Source of the DNA: Phycisphaerae bacterium
GTDB taxonomy: Bacteria; Planctomycetota; Phycisphaerae; UBA1845
Direction of reading: 5' to 3'
DNA length: 64,000 nt
Assembly: GCA_963666835.2 (NCBI GenBank)
Contig: CAXXGO010000006.1
Coordinates: 672,001-736,000, forward strand
Of this stretch, positions 60,514 to 64,000 are shown one piece after another. Under the pieces are notes generated by a model that was not told the DNA's origin, did not search any database, and saw only the letters and a program-made list of their open reading frames with translations. Numbering within the stretch: position 1 is the first letter of the stretch; every line of letters begins with the position of its first letter. The position numbers were made by a program, and so were the translations under genes.

Positions 60514-61857
60514 ATGAGTTCTCCAACGATGCCCAACACGTGCGTCTTCGGCCTTAGCTGGGGCGACGAGGGCAAGGGTAAGCTCGTCGACCTGCTCTGC
60601 AGTAACTTCGATGTGGTTGTGCGCTTTAACGGCGGGGCCAACGCCGGGCACACGGTCTGCATCGGGGATCAGAAGTTTGCCCTTCATCTGCTCCCAACCG
60701 GCGTGCTCCGCAAAGACACTACGGGAGTAATCGGGCCCGGCGTAGTGGTCGATCCGATCACTCTGCTCGAAGAGATTGACGGCTTGGCCCAGCGCGGGAT
60801 GGACGTAACCGGCCGGCTGCGAATCAGTGATCGAGCACACCTGGTGCTGGCGTATCACAAGATCGAAGACCGCCTCAGCGAGGGGGCCGCGACCGATACC
60901 GCCCGAATCGGAACCACGGCCCGCGGAATCGGCCCGTGCTATGCCGACAAGATGAAGCGCAGTACCGCAATCCGCTTCAACGATCTCATTCACGACCCGG
61001 GGCTCGACGAGCGGGTCCGTGCGATCGTCGCTTCCCGGAAAGCGGCCTTACTGGCGATGTATGGCGACGACGGCGGGCTCGATGCCGATCGCGTGATTGC
61101 CGACATCGCCACCGCGCGATCACGCCTGGGCGAACTGGTGGGTAATACTACCGAATTCCTTCAGCAAACCATGGACTCCGGGCGGGCGATCCTTTTTGAA
61201 GGTGCCAACGGCATGCTGCTCGATGTGAACCACGGGACGTATCCGTTTGTCACTTCGAGCAACACGGGCCCGCACGGGATCGGACCGGGTGCGGGCATAC
61301 CCGCCGCCCGCGTGACCCGCTCGATCGGGGTGGCCAAGGCCTACGCCACGCGCGTCGGTGCCGGGCCGTTCGTGTCCGAGTTACACGACGAGACCGGCGA
61401 ACGAATCCGCCAGGCCGGGCACGAGTTCGGCACCACTACCGGTCGCCCCCGCCGTTGCGGCTGGTTCGACGCCGTTTCCTGCCGCTACTCGGCACAGAGA
61501 AGCGGGGCCACCGACGTTGCCCTGATGCACCTCGACACGCTTAGCGGTTTTGAGGGGGTGGGCGTTTGCGTTGCCTATCGCGTTGACGGCCATACCTATG
61601 ACACGGTAATGGCAGATGCGACGTTGCTGGCCCGGGCGGAACCGGTAGTTGAAATGGTGCCCGGTTGGAAGGAGAACCTGCGCGAGGTTCGGCAGTTCGA
61701 GGATCTGCCCGCTGCAGCCCGAAGCTACGTCCAGCGTATAGAGTCTCTGGTCCATGTTCCGGTATCCATAGTCGGGGTGGGCCCCGAGCGCGCCCAGACC
61801 TTGGCCCGTGGAGATCTTCAGAACATGTTGGAGCCGGCGGGGGATTCTGCACCTTGA
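60514..61857 (+). CDS. purA: Adenylosuccinate synthetase
   Basis: WGDEGKGK, GGANAGHT, IGTTARGIGP, GTYPFVTSS, GTTTGRPRRCGW. Confidence 0.97.
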   Translation: MSSPTMPNTCVFGLSWGDEGKGKLVDLLCSNFDVVVRFNGGANAGHTVCIGDQKFALHLLPTGVLRKDTTGVIGPGVVVDPITLLEEIDGLAQRGMDVTGRLRISDRAHLVLAYHKIEDRLSEGAATDTARIGTTARGIGPCYADKMKRSTAIRFNDLIHDPGLDERVRAIVASRKAALLAMYGDDGGLDADRVIADIATARSRLGELVGNTTEFLQQTMDSGRAILFEGANGMLLDVNHGTYPFVTSSNTGPHGIGPGAGIPAARVTRSIGVAKAYATRVGAGPFVSELHDETGERIRQAGHEFGTTTGRPRRCGWFDAVSCRYSAQRSGATDVALMHLDTLSGFEGVGVCVAYRVDGHTYDTVMADATLLARAEPVVEMVPGWKENLREVRQFEDLPAAARSYVQRIESLVHVPVSIVGVGPERAQTLARGDLQNMLEPAGDSAP

Positions 61858-61865
61858 CTCAGTCT

Positions 61866-62636
61866 ATGACCGAACCGCCGCTCGACCCCCAGGAAGTTCT
61901 CGGGCTCCGCCCCGAGCAACTGCCCCGGCATATTGCGATCATCATGGACGGCAACGGCCGGTGGGCTCAACAGCGCGGGGAACCCCGCATCCGCGGGCAC
62001 GAAGAGGGTGCCAAGAGCGTCCGCAAGGTCGTCACTCACTGCGCCCGCCTCGGAATCGGAGCTCTCACCCTGTATAGCTTCAGCACCGAGAACTGGCGGC
62101 GGCCTCCCGATGAAGTCAACTTCCTGATGGACCTTTATGTGCGGTACCTTATGGCCGAGCGCGAGACCATCATGAACAACAACGTCCGGTTCCTCCACGT
62201 CGGCCGGCGTAGCGGGCTACCGGACGCGGTGCTCGCCGAAATGGACCGGACCGTCGAAATGAGCCGGGCGAATTCCGGGCTCAAGCTGTGCTTGGCGCTG
62301 AACTACGGTTCGCGCGATGAGATCGTCGAAGCCGTTCGTGCCATTGCGAATCGCGCTGTGGCCGGGACAGTCAAACCCGAGGAGATCGACGAGCCCATGA
62401 TATCGAACGCACTCTACACGGCCGGGCTGCCCGATCCGGATTTGTTGATCCGCACGGCCAGCGAGCGGCGTTTGAGTAACTTCCTATTATGGCAGATCAG
62501 CTACGCCGAGTTTCACGTTTGTGACACCGCCTGGCCCGACTTCGGGGCCGAAGAGCTGAACGCTGCGATCACTGACTATGCCAACCGCGAACGCCGGTTC
62601 GGCGGCGTCTCAACCCCGGCGCGCGGCGCCACGTAA
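61866..62636 (+). CDS. uppS: Undecaprenyl diphosphate synthase (isoprenyl transferase)
   Basis: HIAIIMDGNGRWA, FSTENW, NYGSR, PDLLIRT..RLSNFLLWQ. Confidence 0.96.
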   Translation: MTEPPLDPQEVLGLRPEQLPRHIAIIMDGNGRWAQQRGEPRIRGHEEGAKSVRKVVTHCARLGIGALTLYSFSTENWRRPPDEVNFLMDLYVRYLMAERETIMNNNVRFLHVGRRSGLPDAVLAEMDRTVEMSRANSGLKLCLALNYGSRDEIVEAVRAIANRAVAGTVKPEEIDEPMISNALYTAGLPDPDLLIRTASERRLSNFLLWQISYAEFHVCDTAWPDFGAEELNAAITDYANRERRFGGVSTPARGAT

Positions 62637-62650
62637 CGCAGGCTTCCTGC

Positions 62651-64000
62651 CAATAATGTCCGGAACCCGTTGATTTCACGGCGGATCCGGGCTCGCTGGC
62701 GTGAGCCGCGAGCTGAGGCGGTGCGCGGGCGGCGCAGGCCCCGTGGAGCGACGGGCGCAAGCTGCCTTACTCGGCGCATACCGATAGCCGCGCTGGTCGG
62801 GCTGCGGACCGGCGCGGAACGCTACTTCCTGTTTTTTTCGCGTTGCCGTTCGGCGGCGCGGCGGCGTTCACGACGCCGTCGCTCAGCAATCTCGAACGAT
62901 CCTTGCCGCGGCATTAACCCGGAAACTACGGCTGAGACAATCACAAAGTCGTATTTCGATGGCCGCGAGCCAGTCTCGACCGCGATCAGCAGCAACGCCA
63001 CCATCATCACGTAGACCTGCACGGTCATCCCGGATTCGTCTTCCGAGAAGAAATGCTGGAAACTCGCAGAACTCTTCAGCCATCGGAAGAACAGCTCTAC
63101 TTGCCACCGGTGCTGGTAGATCAGCGCGATCATCCAGGCCGGGATGTCCAACAAGTCCGTAAGCAAACGCATCCGCTTCTGTTTACCTTCGCGGTCGGTG
63201 AACTCGACCACTACCTCACGTAAACGCGGTAAGTCGTGCGCCTCGGGATCAACGCCCAAGGTAACCTCGGTGTCGATCGCAACACCTGCGGCCACATCCT
63301 CATCGCTGAGCGGTTTGACCCTTACGGAATTGGTATGCACGTTCTTACGCAAACGCACGACGAAGGAACTCTTGACCTTAATGATTTCCTCGAGGAGGCC
63401 ATACGATTGAAAACCGCGGTCCATGACGTACAGGCAATCGGGCTCAAGATGCGTTCCGAGCACCTTGGCTTCACGCATCTGTCCATCCGTGACCGTGCAA
63501 CATTCGGGAACGCCCTTGAGGACATCGAAATCGACGTGCACGCGGATCTGGCCCTTACGGACCCCCTTCTTCTCGGATTGGTTGTACAACGCCCAGGCGA
63601 TTCGCGGAGCCACCGCGAAGAAGGTGCCGTCGACGGCCAGGAGCTTCTGTGTCAGGCTATCCAGGCGGTTGTCATGCGGTTGGATGTCGGCACGCTCCAC
63701 AAGCGAGTCGATCAACGGCAGCAGTAGGGCCGGGTCGAAGACCTTCTGGGCGTCGGAGACTGTGCTCTTGGGCATCCGAGGGATTCCATACCGCTTTCGA
63801 ATCCGAGGATGTTCGAAGAGATCCTCGATGCTGCGCAGGCCTGTAACCGACGGGTTGAAGAAGGCCAACAGGTGAGCCACCACCAGTTGATCGTAGAACA
63901 CGTCCCGGTTGGCGTGGGCCGGCTGGTCATGGAGGTGTTCGAGGTAGTCTTCGATCAGTCGTGTGTAGCGGATTCCGATCAAATCGGGCGGCAACTTGGC
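62651..64000 (-). mobile_element. IS4-family element, truncated by the window end
   Basis: Transposase ORF plus a candidate terminal repeat beginning CAATAATGTCCGG at 62651. The other end is not in the window. Confidence 0.7.
62822..63994 (-). CDS. IS4-family DDE transposase (5' end probably outside window)
   Basis: AVDGT, VMDRGF, FVVRL and YQHRWQVELFFRWLK (YREK signature). Confidence 0.92.
   Translation of the reverse strand: MPPDLIGIRYTRLIEDYLEHLHDQPAHANRDVFYDQLVVAHLLAFFNPSVTGLRSIEDLFEHPRIRKRYGIPRMPKSTVSDAQKVFDPALLLPLIDSLVERADIQPHDNRLDSLTQKLLAVDGTFFAVAPRIAWALYNQSEKKGVRKGQIRVHVDFDVLKGVPECCTVTDGQMREAKVLGTHLEPDCLYVMDRGFQSYGLLEEIIKVKSSFVVRLRKNVHTNSVRVKPLSDEDVAAGVAIDTEVTLGVDPEAHDLPRLREVVVEFTDREGKQKRMRLLTDLLDIPAWMIALIYQHRWQVELFFRWLKSSASFQHFFSEDESGMTVQVYVMMVALLLIAVETGSRPSKYDFVIVSAVVSGLMPRQGSFEIAERRRRERRRAAERQREKNRK

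Overview
GC-rich bacterial chromosomal segment. PEP-CTERM, dockerin, lpxI/lpxD, ThiD2-ThiE and Flp pilin genes suggest a Planctomycetota-like host (inference only). Housekeeping and metabolic genes include frr, pyrH, tRNA-Gln, lpxD, lpxI, surE, fabZ-like, holA, thiE, glnA, purA, uppS and iorA. There is also a radical-SAM-rich glycan-modification cluster (about 40.7-54.6 kb) and a truncated IS4 at the right edge. The most striking signal is four near-identical 1,927-nt group II introns (RT/maturase, no endonuclease domain), all on the + strand. Each is inserted at the same nucleotide (TGGGGG^A) of a diverged ~200-250-bp inverted-repeat-bounded intergenic element. Empty copies of that element occur only on the - strand in this window. 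The empty sites and the EBS1 loop place the intron 5' end at a non-canonical GAAAG rather than GUGYG. Other notable items are an IorB / ADP-forming acyl-CoA synthetase fusion, a cohesin-dockerin plus cohesin-PEP-CTERM gene pair, and a dense mosaic of several REP-like palindrome families. All calls are from motif recognition by eye; no database searches were run.
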